Shown piece after piece: positions 29,330 through 38,930 of a DNA stretch of 64,000 bases. The stretch is taken from positions 454,810 through 518,809 of IMG/VR virus record IMGVR_UViG_3300014205_000170; one strand, written 5' to 3'. A program made the position numbers and the translations under genes. The stretch's first letter is position 1. Each line of letters starts with the position of its first letter. The stretch comes from a virus. Taxonomy: Duplodnaviria > Caudoviricetes. The notes under the pieces were generated by a model. The model worked only from the letters and a program-made list of their open reading frames with translations. It did no database searches and had not been told where the DNA came from.

Positions 29330-31351
29330 ATGAGCAAGCAACAAAGTAACATTCTTTCGAAAATTTTAATCGACAAAAAGAATATTTTAGAAACAGCTAG
29401 AATTACCCTTAAAAAGGAATTTGTAGGCATTGATTCAATTATAGATGAAATCATTCATTCGATTGAAGCTTGGTTTATATATTCAGAAGGACAAATACGT
29501 CCAGCAATTGTTAATTTATGGGGTTTAACAGGGGTTGGCAAAACCTCTTTAATTGTACGTTTATCCGAATTAATAGGATTAAATGAAAAGTTATTTAGAT
29601 TTGATGTAGGGGATTATTCGTCTGAAAATTCTGTTTTAAAAGACGATTTTTCAGAAAAATTAAAGAGTAGCAGTTCACAGCCAATCATTATTGTTTTTGA
29701 TGAATTTCAATTGGGCAGAACAGTATCAAGCGAAGGAAAAGAAATTGATAGGAGTGGTTTAAGGGCTTTGTGGGATTTGTTGGATAGTGGTAAATTAAGC
29801 ATACTTAATGATACTTATTATGGCAGTAAAGTCATAACTTTAATTCTAAAACTACAACATTGTGTTGACAGTGGAGTCGAATCTTCCAAAGGTAAAATAA
29901 CAAAAAACATAAAAATACATTCGGAAATTTTTTACAAAAAAAAAGGTAAAGCAAAATTAACGAATGAAGATAATGAACAAGTTGATGCTTCATTATTTAT
30001 ACCCGAAGAATTTTATTATTATATAAAACATATGATAATTGGCTTTCATGTTGAAACAGAGTCTTCTTTAAAAAGAAAAATGTTGAGCATGAATCATTTG
30101 GAAGTTTTACGATTTTTAAATGAGCTTATAACTAAAAATCTCAAGCCAACTATACATGATTTTTCACAAGCTTTAATTTTTATTGTGGGGAATTTAGATG
30201 AGGTTTATTCTATGGCAAACAATGTAAATCCTGATTCTGACGCAGACCTTTTTCATGAACACTCTTTAAAAATTTCCATAACAGAAGTTAAGGAAGCGCT
30301 ACAACAAAGATTTCGAGTGGAACAAATAGCACGGTTAGGAAATAACCATATTTTATATCCGGCATTTTCATCAAAATCTTACTATAATTTGATTGCTTTA
30401 GAATTGGAGAAATTTAAGCAACGAATGAGTGAACGGTACCACATTTTTATTGAACTAGATAATTCTATAAACGATATTATCTATAAAGAAGGTGTTTTTC
30501 CCACACAAGGAACAAGACCTATTTTTACTACAATCAACAATTTAGTAGAAAGCTATATCTCAAAAATAATGTCAGATATTATTATTAATGATTTGACACC
30601 ACAAAAAATTTCATGGAAATTTGTCCCGGAAAATAGTGAATACGAAGTTGCGATACATGTTAATAAGAAAACTATTATTAAAAAATATCCTTTAAATCTA
30701 AAAATTAATAATCTTCGAGAATCCACAAAAGATGATTTTCAAGCTAACATAGCAGTTCACGAAGCAGGTCATGCTGTATTGTGCGCAATGTATTTACGTT
30801 TAATTCCAGAAGAAGTCATTTCTCAAACTGCCGGTACAGTACATGGATATTGTAGAATAAAATATCCTCGAATTTTAACGAGTGTGGTTCTAGAAAGAGA
30901 TATTGTAGTTGGACTTGGAGGTTATGTTGCCGAATTACTTGTGTTTGGTAAATCACTTTTAAGTAACGGGTCATCTAGAGACATAGAAATGGTTACAGAA
31001 AAAGCTATTTCTTACATAAAAACATATGGAATGAATGGTTTTCCTGCCTTAATAGGTGTGCCTAGTCAAAACATGAATCAAACGCATTTTTTCAAACACG
31101 AAGATTCAGATAAACAAGTTAAAGAATTAATCGACAATAGTTTAAAAACAGCTAAAAAGATAATGAAGAAAAATAAAACTTTGTTATTAAAAGTTGCTGA
31201 ATTTCTTTCTGAGAACACCAAAATGAATAAGGAACTAATGACAGAATACGTTCAAAAATATGGAGTTGATATACCTGAAATAAGAACTGCCAACACCTAT
31301 CATAGTTTTAAAGAAATTCTAAATAACAAAATACATACAATTAAAAAATAA
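29330..31351 (+). CDS. soluble AAA+ ATPase fused to an FtsH-type M41 peptidase domain
   Basis: GLTGVGKT Walker A, IIVFDE Walker B, FRVEQIARLG, QGTRP; AVHEAGH, LGGYVAE, GSSRD; no TM segment. Confidence 0.85.
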   Translation: MSKQQSNILSKILIDKKNILETARITLKKEFVGIDSIIDEIIHSIEAWFIYSEGQIRPAIVNLWGLTGVGKTSLIVRLSELIGLNEKLFRFDVGDYSSENSVLKDDFSEKLKSSSSQPIIIVFDEFQLGRTVSSEGKEIDRSGLRALWDLLDSGKLSILNDTYYGSKVITLILKLQHCVDSGVESSKGKITKNIKIHSEIFYKKKGKAKLTNEDNEQVDASLFIPEEFYYYIKHMIIGFHVETESSLKRKMLSMNHLEVLRFLNELITKNLKPTIHDFSQALIFIVGNLDEVYSMANNVNPDSDADLFHEHSLKISITEVKEALQQRFRVEQIARLGNNHILYPAFSSKSYYNLIALELEKFKQRMSERYHIFIELDNSINDIIYKEGVFPTQGTRPIFTTINNLVESYISKIMSDIIINDLTPQKISWKFVPENSEYEVAIHVNKKTIIKKYPLNLKINNLRESTKDDFQANIAVHEAGHAVLCAMYLRLIPEEVISQTAGTVHGYCRIKYPRILTSVVLERDIVVGLGGYVAELLVFGKSLLSNGSSRDIEMVTEKAISYIKTYGMNGFPALIGVPSQNMNQTHFFKHEDSDKQVKELIDNSLKTAKKIMKKNKTLLLKVAEFLSENTKMNKELMTEYVQKYGVDIPEIRTANTYHSFKEILNNKIHTIKK

Positions 31352-31356
31352 AAAAA

Positions 31357-31674
31357 ATGAATCTTACAGACGCTACATTTGACAACGAAACAAAAACTGG
31401 AATATCGGTAATTGATTTTTGGGCACCTTGGTGTGTACCTTGCAAAAACATTTTACCAATTATTGATGAACTCGCTAAAACATATGATAATTCTGACATT
31501 AAAATTTTAAAAGTAAATGTTGATGAATGTTCTGAGGCTCCTGCGAAATTTGGAATAAAAAGCATTCCTACTATTTTAGTGCTTAAAGATGGTGCTGAAA
31601 TTAATAGAAATGTTGGGTCAGAGAAAGTGAAAGAAAAAATCGAAGAAATGATATTGAAAGCCAGGAATTCTTAG
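31357..31674 (+). CDS. trxA: thioredoxin
   Basis: DFWAPWCVPCK, KVNVD, SIPT. Confidence 0.92.
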   Translation: MNLTDATFDNETKTGISVIDFWAPWCVPCKNILPIIDELAKTYDNSDIKILKVNVDECSEAPAKFGIKSIPTILVLKDGAEINRNVGSEKVKEKIEEMILKARNS

Positions 31675-31700
31675 AAAATAATTTACTCCGGAGATTGGTA

Positions 31701-32279
31701 ATGATGAAAAAAGAAACAAATAATAAGTTGAAGATATCTGACTCATACCAAAAAAAACTTTGGAAAAAAGAGGTAGAAAAAAGAAAGAAATTTGGTATTT
31801 CTTCCGAAACTTTTTATGGTGGCTATGGTAATAATTACATAAGATTTTGTTCTTTAAGTTTCAAAAGAGATTTTCAAACTTTATATTCTTGTTATGTTTC
31901 CAGAAAAGATATTAAGAAACATAGTTTTAATACTCACATAAAAAATAATATAGATTTATTCGTAGATACTTTTTTGAAGTATAAAGACTATACTTTCCAA
32001 CAACTAGAAGAAGCAAATGGGGCCTTACAATTATCTAAAGTTTGTGGTTTGGTTCATATCCTCGAAGAACACAAAATAGAATATAAAGATAAAAAAATTG
32101 AAATTTTTTATAGACTAAAAGATGCAGCAACCTTATCTTGTTACCCTGAAAAAGTGAAAATTATTTTTCAAACAGATAGATATTGTCGAGCAGTAGCTTT
32201 TTTGTATAAAGAACCTAACCACAGAATAGTATTTTTAGAAAAATATGATATACGTAGACACCGTTCATCTAGTCGCTGA
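31701..32279 (+). CDS. hypothetical protein with C-terminal RIVFLEK motif
   Basis: ORF track 31695..32279. Confidence 0.55.
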   Translation: MMKKETNNKLKISDSYQKKLWKKEVEKRKKFGISSETFYGGYGNNYIRFCSLSFKRDFQTLYSCYVSRKDIKKHSFNTHIKNNIDLFVDTFLKYKDYTFQQLEEANGALQLSKVCGLVHILEEHKIEYKDKKIEIFYRLKDAATLSCYPEKVKIIFQTDRYCRAVAFLYKEPNHRIVFLEKYDIRRHRSSSR

Positions 32280-32823
32280 TAGTTTAAAAGAATTACATTT
32301 GTTTGCAGAACAAATTGGGTTAAAACGCCAGTATTTTGAGGGAGTTAAAAAAGGACATCCCCACTATGATTTAACGAATAAAATTATTTATAATAAGGCA
32401 ATTGAAAATGGAGCAAAAATTGTTAGTAGCAAAATTATTTTAAAAAAAAGCAAAGCATTATCAATGAAAAATACATTTAAACTCATCATAGCAGGTTCTA
32501 GAAATTTTAGCGATTACAATACTTTAAAAAATGTTTGTGATGAATTTTTATTTGAAAAAAATAATATTGAAATTGTGTCCGGTACAGCTAGAGGTGCTGA
32601 TATGTTAGGCGAACAATATGCCCAAGAAAAAGGATATCAAGTTTCAAAATTTCCAGCAGATTGGAATAAAGGAAAAGGAGCTGGTTATATTCGAAATAAA
32701 CAAATGGCTGAATATGCAAATGCTTTAGTTGCTTTTTGGGACAACTCTAGTCGAGGTACTAAACACATGATTGATTTAGCTTATCAAAATAATTTAGAAG
32801 TGAAGGTTCATCTATTTAAGTAA
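32245..32823 (+). CDS. DUF4031 domain fused to a SLOG (DUF2493/YspA-like) domain
   Basis: HLVADSLKELHLFAEQIGL..HYDL; IIAGSRNF, VSGTARGAD, AGYIRNKQMA, SRGTKHMI. Confidence 0.8.
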   Translation: MIYVDTVHLVADSLKELHLFAEQIGLKRQYFEGVKKGHPHYDLTNKIIYNKAIENGAKIVSSKIILKKSKALSMKNTFKLIIAGSRNFSDYNTLKNVCDEFLFEKNNIEIVSGTARGADMLGEQYAQEKGYQVSKFPADWNKGKGAGYIRNKQMAEYANALVAFWDNSSRGTKHMIDLAYQNNLEVKVHLFK

Positions 32824-32825
32824 GA

Positions 32826-33104
32826 TTACTTTTTCTTTTTCTTAATTTTATTGATTTTTTTAACTTTAATGATTTTCTTAACCGGTTTTTTTACAGGTTT
32901 TTTAATTTCTTTTTTAGGCTCTTGAATCACCTGTGTTTTGCATGTACAATTTTCATTACAATTACAACCACAATTGACACAAGAACAATTAGTGTCACAC
33001 TTACACCCTTCTTTATTGCAACCGCACTTACAAATGGATGTTGGAGCTTCTACTGCTACTACTGGTTCTTTTTTGCCAAGTAATTTCTTTAAAAAGTTTT
33101 TCAT
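32826..33104 (-). CDS. Cys-rich metallothionein-like protein with a Lys-rich tail
   Basis: CKCGC..GCKC..CSC..CGCNC..CTC followed by poly-Lys; upstream TATTTA motif. Confidence 0.6.
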   Translation of the reverse strand: MKNFLKKLLGKKEPVVAVEAPTSICKCGCNKEGCKCDTNCSCVNCGCNCNENCTCKTQVIQEPKKEIKKPVKKPVKKIIKVKKINKIKKKKK

Positions 33105-33299
33105 TTTGTTTGGTATTTCTTATAAATATTAGGTAAAAACTTAAAAAAACCGCTTTAAGACACTTATTCGTACCCAGATAAACACATCTATCCAGAACTG
33201 AAAATCGTTAGTTAAAATGAAGGTAAAACCCGCAAAAAGTAAAAAATGTTTGTTTGTTTGTAACAAAACAATATCTTTGTACGTATTAAAAAAGAGACA

Positions 33300-33659
33300 A
33301 TGAAGAATACAATTTTATTATTAATGGCATTATTATGCTTAGGGAGCTTTACGTTTAAAGATGAAAAGTTTAAAACGTTGTTGTGTGACAAACAATGGGT
33401 CACACAAGCAACAAATGATAAAACCTCTAAAGTTATTATTATTTTCAGAACTAATAATGTGTATGAACACCATTATGTGTTTAAGGATAATAAAGTTTCT
33501 TATTTTGGGAAATGGTCTCTTGATAATGAAAACAAAAACATTGTCATAACATGTGAAAAACTAAAAGACACATTTCAAGTTATATCATTACAAAATAATA
33601 ATCTTGTATTAAACACAGAAAGTGCCGGAAAAAAATCTTTCACCATAAAAGACAAATAA
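33300..33659 (+). CDS. secreted lipocalin-like protein
   Basis: signal peptide, LLCDKQW, GKWSL, FQVISL..LVL. Confidence 0.6.
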   Translation: MKNTILLLMALLCLGSFTFKDEKFKTLLCDKQWVTQATNDKTSKVIIIFRTNNVYEHHYVFKDNKVSYFGKWSLDNENKNIVITCEKLKDTFQVISLQNNNLVLNTESAGKKSFTIKDK

Positions 33660-33674
33660 GAATTGTCATAATGT

Positions 33675-33908
33675 ATGTTTAAAAAACAAAATCACAATTT
33701 AGTATTAGTTGAAAAAACATTAGATTTTGAAAAGGTTTATTCTTTACTGTATAACGAAGCTTGTGAAGCTCCAGTATGGAAAACAAGACCGGATTCCATT
33801 GGTTATAAAAAATTTGTTGTGGATGTTTATAAAAACGGAAATCTTCATGTTTTAATTAAAAAAAATCTATCTCCAATAACAAACATGGAGTTACTAGAAA
33901 TTATTTAA
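33675..33908 (+). CDS. hypothetical protein with N-terminal LVLVEK motif
   Basis: 77-aa ORF. Confidence 0.5.
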   Translation: MFKKQNHNLVLVEKTLDFEKVYSLLYNEACEAPVWKTRPDSIGYKKFVVDVYKNGNLHVLIKKNLSPITNMELLEII

Positions 33909-33912
33909 AAGT

Positions 33913-33977
33913 AAAACCCTACTGTAGCGACACTAGTAGGGTTTTTGCCTATTGTAACGGCAACGGTCCTAAGTCCG
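33913..33977. terminator. bidirectional terminator-like hairpin within a small structured element
   Basis: AAAACCCTACT/AGTAGGGTTTT stem plus a TTGCC/GGCAA hairpin between convergent genes. Confidence 0.6.
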
Positions 33978-33982
33978 TATCT

Positions 33983-34129
33983 TTAACGCCCTTGACCTTT
34001 ATAAGCCTTAGCGTAATTTTTTGAATTCTTACTTCTTGAAACTTTTGTTTTGGCATGTATGCCTTTTCTCTTTTTTTTAGGTTTATCTCTGTGAAGAGAA
34101 GCTGTTTGGATATTTGTTTTTTTTGCCAT
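33983..34129 (-). CDS. 48-aa highly basic protein ending YKGQGR (not in the ORF track)
   Basis: MAKKTNIQTASLHRDKPKKKRKGIHAKTKVSRSKNSKNYAKAYKGQGR; upstream TATTTA motif. Confidence 0.7.
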   Translation of the reverse strand: MAKKTNIQTASLHRDKPKKKRKGIHAKTKVSRSKNSKNYAKAYKGQGR

Positions 34130-34162
34130 TTTGGCTTTGGTTTATTATAAATATTTCAAAAA

Positions 34163-34591
34163 TTATTCTTTATCTGTCTCTTTCTTTTTTGAGTCTTTTG
34201 GCTCTAAAAAGTCATATAATCGCTTTATAGCGAATCCTGGGATGTCCACGAAAATACCACTAAAGATAACTGCAATAAACACAGACCTCACCAATGAACC
34301 AATGTAGGCAATGTCAACCTTTTCAGCTGGGTCAGCCCATCTAAAGCCAATAAAGCACAAAGCAGTAATGACGGCCACAATCCAAATTCTATAATTATAA
34401 AGCTTTGATTCTCTTATGAAATTATCATACCACTTAAACTGATTGGTGTGCTTTAAGCCGTACAAAATATTAATAAACATAATAATAAAGAACCAGTTTA
34501 AGCCTTGGCAAAAGCCAATAAGTTCTGGCTGTAAACCATTGGTCCACATTGAATCATAAAAGGATTGAGGTGGTAATATTTTCAGCTCCAT
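34163..34591 (-). CDS. membrane protein, holin-like topology
   Basis: three TM helices, charged C-terminus, upstream TATTTA motif. Confidence 0.45.
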   Translation of the reverse strand: MELKILPPQSFYDSMWTNGLQPELIGFCQGLNWFFIIMFINILYGLKHTNQFKWYDNFIRESKLYNYRIWIVAVITALCFIGFRWADPAEKVDIAYIGSLVRSVFIAVIFSGIFVDIPGFAIKRLYDFLEPKDSKKKETDKE

Positions 34592-34642
34592 TTAATCAAT
34601 AAATAGAAATTTTATTCTTATCTTTGAATTAAGGAGAGCAAT

Positions 34643-35269
34643 GTGAAAGAAAATAGTTTTGACATATCTAAAATATTAACGGAAGTTGAAATTCATCCAT
34701 TAAAAACTAGGAACATTTATTTATATGGCTCTAGAATATATGGCACAAACCGAATTGATTCCGACTATGACATTATTTTAATCGGAGCTAATTTATTGGA
34801 GCACATTGAGAAAGAAGTTTTAATTGATGATAAACGTTTAAACGTTCACATTATTACTCCGGATAAATTCAAACGTGACCTTGAGAGACATGATATAATG
34901 AATTTAGAATGTGTATTCTCTCCAGCTTGGGCACGATTACAAGAAAAAGAAATTTTAAAATTTATCATAAACAAAAAGAAACTTGCAAAAAATATTATTG
35001 CACAATCTTTTAATAGCTGGCAAAAAGGAAAGTTTAAATTAAACGAAGGAGATATTTATCATGGTCTTAAAAGCATATTTCATTCTTTGAAAATGCTAAT
35101 TTTCGCAATTCAAATAATAGAGCATGGTAAAATAAATGATTTTGCAGCAGCAAATTATTTACACAAAGAAATAAATGAATGTGATGAATTTGAATGGGAA
35201 TATTTTAGAGAGAAATATTTGCCTTTAAAAATTGAATTGGAAAAGAAATTAAAAGAACTAGCAAAATAA
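34643..35269 (+). CDS. minimal nucleotidyltransferase (Pol-beta superfamily) with helical C-domain
   Basis: IYLYGSRIYGT..DSDYD; LKSIFHSL. Confidence 0.8.
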   Translation: MKENSFDISKILTEVEIHPLKTRNIYLYGSRIYGTNRIDSDYDIILIGANLLEHIEKEVLIDDKRLNVHIITPDKFKRDLERHDIMNLECVFSPAWARLQEKEILKFIINKKKLAKNIIAQSFNSWQKGKFKLNEGDIYHGLKSIFHSLKMLIFAIQIIEHGKINDFAAANYLHKEINECDEFEWEYFREKYLPLKIELEKKLKELAK

Positions 35270-35273
35270 TTAT

Positions 35274-35516
35274 ATGAAAGAACATTTTAAAAGATTAATT
35301 CTTGCCGCTTATAACTTAGGTTGGGAAGAGTGTGCTGATGAAGATGATTCAAATCAAAAATTATTTAAAAAAAATAGTATTTTAAGAACCGCATATTTGA
35401 TGGGTTGGGATTATTACATTATCGGTGATGATGTAACAAGTATAGACAACCTTACAAATGAAGAAATTTTAAAGAGAATCCAAGACTTACACAAAAAATC
35501 AAACGAAAAAAAATGA
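35274..35516 (+). CDS. hypothetical protein
   Basis: 80-aa ORF. Confidence 0.55.
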   Translation: MKEHFKRLILAAYNLGWEECADEDDSNQKLFKKNSILRTAYLMGWDYYIIGDDVTSIDNLTNEEILKRIQDLHKKSNEKK

Positions 35517-36103
35517 TTAATTATGGCATTATACATGATTCAAATTTATTCTACGAAGCAGAAGGATTCTCCCGTATTGAATCTCCTTGGACGGTTTCTA
35601 AACCAATTTCCGATATAACAAAGCCAGAAGAAAAACAGGATTTTAAAATTGAATATAATCAAAAAGTTCTTGTTGCTTCTGGAGAACAATCATTTCTTTA
35701 TTTATATTTAAAACAATTTTTACCCAAAGGTAGATTTCAAACAACCACACCTTGTTTTAGAGATGAAATATTTGATAGTACACACACAAAATATTTTATT
35801 AAAACAGAATTAATTGATACACAAACTGTAACTGAAAAATCTTTACAAGAAATCACAGAAAAATGCTTAGTGTTTTTTAGTAAGTATCTTAATAAGAAAT
35901 TTTTATCTATCGACAAATCAGAAGATGGATATGACATTAATTATAACTTTTTAAATAAGCAATATGAATTAGGTTCTTATGGTATGAGAGAGTGTGATTT
36001 CTTACGTTGGATTTATGGAACCGGTTGTGCAGAACCAAGACTATCATCAATTATAAATTTAAATAAAAATGGGGTATCATCTAAAACAAATAGAAAAAGG
36101 TAA
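35513..36103 (+). CDS. class II aminoacyl-tRNA synthetase catalytic-core-like protein (SerRS/ProRS-like), no tRNA-binding domain
   Basis: LVASGEQSF; motif 2-like TPCFRDE...FIKTE; ELGSYG; motif 3-like GTGCAEPR. Confidence 0.7.
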   Translation: MINYGIIHDSNLFYEAEGFSRIESPWTVSKPISDITKPEEKQDFKIEYNQKVLVASGEQSFLYLYLKQFLPKGRFQTTTPCFRDEIFDSTHTKYFIKTELIDTQTVTEKSLQEITEKCLVFFSKYLNKKFLSIDKSEDGYDINYNFLNKQYELGSYGMRECDFLRWIYGTGCAEPRLSSIINLNKNGVSSKTNRKR

Positions 36104-36308
36104 TCTAGGAGAGATTTCTAAAATAAGAGAAGAGTTCGAAGAACTCATGGATGCAAATGAGCAAAAGAATCCAGTATTAGAAATTTGCGAACTGTGTGAC
36201 TTGTTGGGAGCGATAGAAGCTTATGCAAAAAAATGGAATTTAACCTTAAGAGATTTAAATAACATGAAAGAGGCAACAATAAAAGCTTTTAAAGATGGAA
36301 CGCGATAA
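36069..36308 (+). CDS. MazG/HisE-like all-alpha NTP pyrophosphatase
   Basis: SKIREEFEELMDA...ELCDLLGAI. Confidence 0.65.
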   Translation: MGYHLKQIEKGNLGEISKIREEFEELMDANEQKNPVLEICELCDLLGAIEAYAKKWNLTLRDLNNMKEATIKAFKDGTR

Positions 36309-36311
36309 TAA

Positions 36312-36677
36312 ATGACAATTACACTATTAGATAATAATACTCGAAATGTAATATTGGAAAAATTTATTACACCAAAGTGGTTTAAACTTTTATTTTCAAA
36401 AAGAACTCATTTATTACACAACAATAGTTTGTTAGAAACATACAGAATTTTCCTTAGAATTCTGCATGGAGCTGACCTTACAATAACTGGACAAACATAT
36501 CCATATATACCAATATCAGCTAAAGCAGAAATAAACAAATGGAGAACAAAACCAGAAAAAATAAATACAGAATTAGCTTCTTTTTTAATAGAGGATATTA
36601 AAATTGTTGGAATTGATAGTGGGTCTTTCGATTTTGATGAAACTCACTTTAACGTTTTTGCAAGAAATGAAATGTAA
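36312..36677 (+). CDS. hypothetical protein with N-terminal RNVILEK motif
   Basis: 121-aa ORF. Confidence 0.55.
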   Translation: MTITLLDNNTRNVILEKFITPKWFKLLFSKRTHLLHNNSLLETYRIFLRILHGADLTITGQTYPYIPISAKAEINKWRTKPEKINTELASFLIEDIKIVGIDSGSFDFDETHFNVFARNEM

Positions 36678-36679
36678 TT

Positions 36680-37255
36680 ATGTATTTTAAAAACGAGGAG
36701 TGCACATATTTATCTACAAATCCTTATGCAATAGAAATGTCTAAATTTTTAGTGCAAGAGGTTTATCCTTTTATAATATCTTATTCAAAATATTTAGGAA
36801 TGTCTAAATTTAATTTTGAACTTGGTTATGATAAAAATGATGATTATCATTATGAAGTTGAAATTTCTGTACAATCTACTAACTTAAGAATTGGAATAGT
36901 AAAGTATTACCTTGCAAAGCATCAGCATTACGAAAACAAGAGTGTTGCACATAAAAATGAATATGTTTTTGACAATTCTTCTACTACACAATTTTTACAT
37001 AATGGTACAGTTTTTAATGAAAGCGAAATAGAACCAATATTATATTCTATTCAAAACATAGAGTGCCCTGGTGGTGTTTTTAAATCAGCTATAACGTTTT
37101 ATTTACATTACTGTGAAAGTGTTGTAAAGATAGGAGAAGAAATAAAACATACTTATTTTGGTGGCTTTAAAGATTTAATGGCTAGAGTAAATAAATTATC
37201 AATGCCAATAGAACGAACTGTATTATTTGAAAAATATTTTCATGATGGCAACTGA
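36680..37255 (+). CDS. paralog family C protein, RTVLFEK motif
   Basis: shares NP..I.[ML]....[VI]YP with the next two ORFs. Confidence 0.6.
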   Translation: MYFKNEECTYLSTNPYAIEMSKFLVQEVYPFIISYSKYLGMSKFNFELGYDKNDDYHYEVEISVQSTNLRIGIVKYYLAKHQHYENKSVAHKNEYVFDNSSTTQFLHNGTVFNESEIEPILYSIQNIECPGGVFKSAITFYLHYCESVVKIGEEIKHTYFGGFKDLMARVNKLSMPIERTVLFEKYFHDGN

Positions 37256-37721
37256 ATCACAAATAAAAAATTTTAAAGAAAATCCAGAATGTATTGAATT
37301 AGCTATTTTAATGGCCAACACTATATATCCAAAAATTATTGGTTTGCTAAAACAATTAGGCATGGAAGAAGTTCGACTTGATACTATTGTAGGTCTTAAA
37401 AATATGTGTTTAAATATAAATGGAGAAATTGTGTTTTATAATTTAGAAAACGAGGGTAAGGATGAAAAAAAGGCAGATACTTATGTTATAGAAGTTTTGG
37501 GAAAAAGCATTTGTCCTTATTTTGAAAAAGAAACGGATTCTATAACGAAAGAACATGAAAGCCCATCAAAAAAATATTTAGATTTTTGCAAATCAATAAT
37601 AAGTTCTATAGAACCTCTTGAAACGCAATTAAAAGAAATAAACAATGTATTAAATATTGCAAGACAAATAAATATACCTTTACAAAGAATAATTTTAATA
37701 GAAAAAACAAATGTGCGCTAA
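37242..37721 (+). CDS. paralog family C protein, RIILIEK motif
   Basis: KENPECIELAILMANTIYP...YLDFC. Confidence 0.6.
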   Translation: MMATESQIKNFKENPECIELAILMANTIYPKIIGLLKQLGMEEVRLDTIVGLKNMCLNINGEIVFYNLENEGKDEKKADTYVIEVLGKSICPYFEKETDSITKEHESPSKKYLDFCKSIISSIEPLETQLKEINNVLNIARQINIPLQRIILIEKTNVR

Positions 37722-38334
37722 AAAAAGTCATGTATTCGAAGGGGATATTTTACAAAGGACAGAAATAACCACTATGATGCAACAATTAATGCAAGAACAC
37801 TATGGTTTAATTAATCAAGAAGATGAAGTAGAACTTGAAGTTCTTGATGATGAAGCAGGGGAAAGCTTAGATAACGAACAGAAACAAATAAACTATTTGA
37901 AACAAAATCCTAAGATTGTACAATTAGCAGAGAACATGATTAATAGAGTGTATCCAAGATTGTTACAATTATTAAATGATTTTCAAGTTGACTTATTAGA
38001 AGTAAGTGAATTTGTTCAAAGCACTTTCAATTGTTCAATAAATTATAAAAATCAAAATTTACAATTTCAATTTTCATATAATAGTTATCTTTTAACAAGC
38101 AATGAATGTCCTGTTTTAAATAACTTTCATGTTTTACAAAGCTATACAAAGGATGAGTTATTACAAAACAACCTCGCTTTAAGTTATATTAATTTTTGTA
38201 ATACTATTATTGATGTAGTTGATAAATTGGAACAATTAGATATTGGATTAAACAATACAATACAAAGAGCAGAAAAGTGCACTTTAAGATTTGACAATAA
38301 AGTAATAATAGAAAAATGGACAAAAAGATTTTAG
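37711..38334 (+). CDS. paralog family C protein, KVIIEK motif
   Basis: KQNPKIVQLAENMINRVYP...YINFC. Confidence 0.6.
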   Translation: MCAKKSHVFEGDILQRTEITTMMQQLMQEHYGLINQEDEVELEVLDDEAGESLDNEQKQINYLKQNPKIVQLAENMINRVYPRLLQLLNDFQVDLLEVSEFVQSTFNCSINYKNQNLQFQFSYNSYLLTSNECPVLNNFHVLQSYTKDELLQNNLALSYINFCNTIIDVVDKLEQLDIGLNNTIQRAEKCTLRFDNKVIIEKWTKRF

Positions 38335-38930
38335 CCGGGAAATTAGAATTCACTCAATTATTTAATCCAATAAAATTATTTACCGAAGAAGGAGAAGTAA
38401 ATTTATGGGATTTTTATCATAATTTATTTACAGAATTAAATGATAAAAAAACTTCCATGACCATGGAAATGAATAAGCTTATAATACATTCAAATTTAGA
38501 ATCAGAATTTTCTTTAGAATATAAAAATGACGAAAAATCAAAACTTATCATTTTAAAGAAGATAGATGGGTTTGGATTTTCTAACATAGGTTCATATTTA
38601 CCAGACATGCTACAAAGATTAAATGGTAGAAAAATTATTGTTACCATATTAGAAGAAGGTATTTCTATTGAAAACGACTCAGAAGAAAAAGTATTTGAAT
38701 TGTATTATACTAATGGTAATTCTTGTGCTATTCCGGAAGACAAAATAAAAACCTTATGTAAAATAGGAACAAATGATACTTGTATTTTTTGTACAGTATC
38801 TTCTGTTGGTTTTGAATGCGCGAAATTTGATTCCTACATGGCTAGACAATTGCTTTATAGATATTCTGAAGGAACAATGAATGCCTCAAGAATTGGTAAT
38901 TGTGCAATTGTAGGAAGAAAAGAAAATTAA
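38316..38930 (+). CDS. hypothetical protein with Cys-rich C-terminus
   Basis: 204-aa ORF; CKIG..CIFC..FECAK. Confidence 0.6.
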   Translation: MDKKILAGKLEFTQLFNPIKLFTEEGEVNLWDFYHNLFTELNDKKTSMTMEMNKLIIHSNLESEFSLEYKNDEKSKLIILKKIDGFGFSNIGSYLPDMLQRLNGRKIIVTILEEGISIENDSEEKVFELYYTNGNSCAIPEDKIKTLCKIGTNDTCIFCTVSSVGFECAKFDSYMARQLLYRYSEGTMNASRIGNCAIVGRKEN

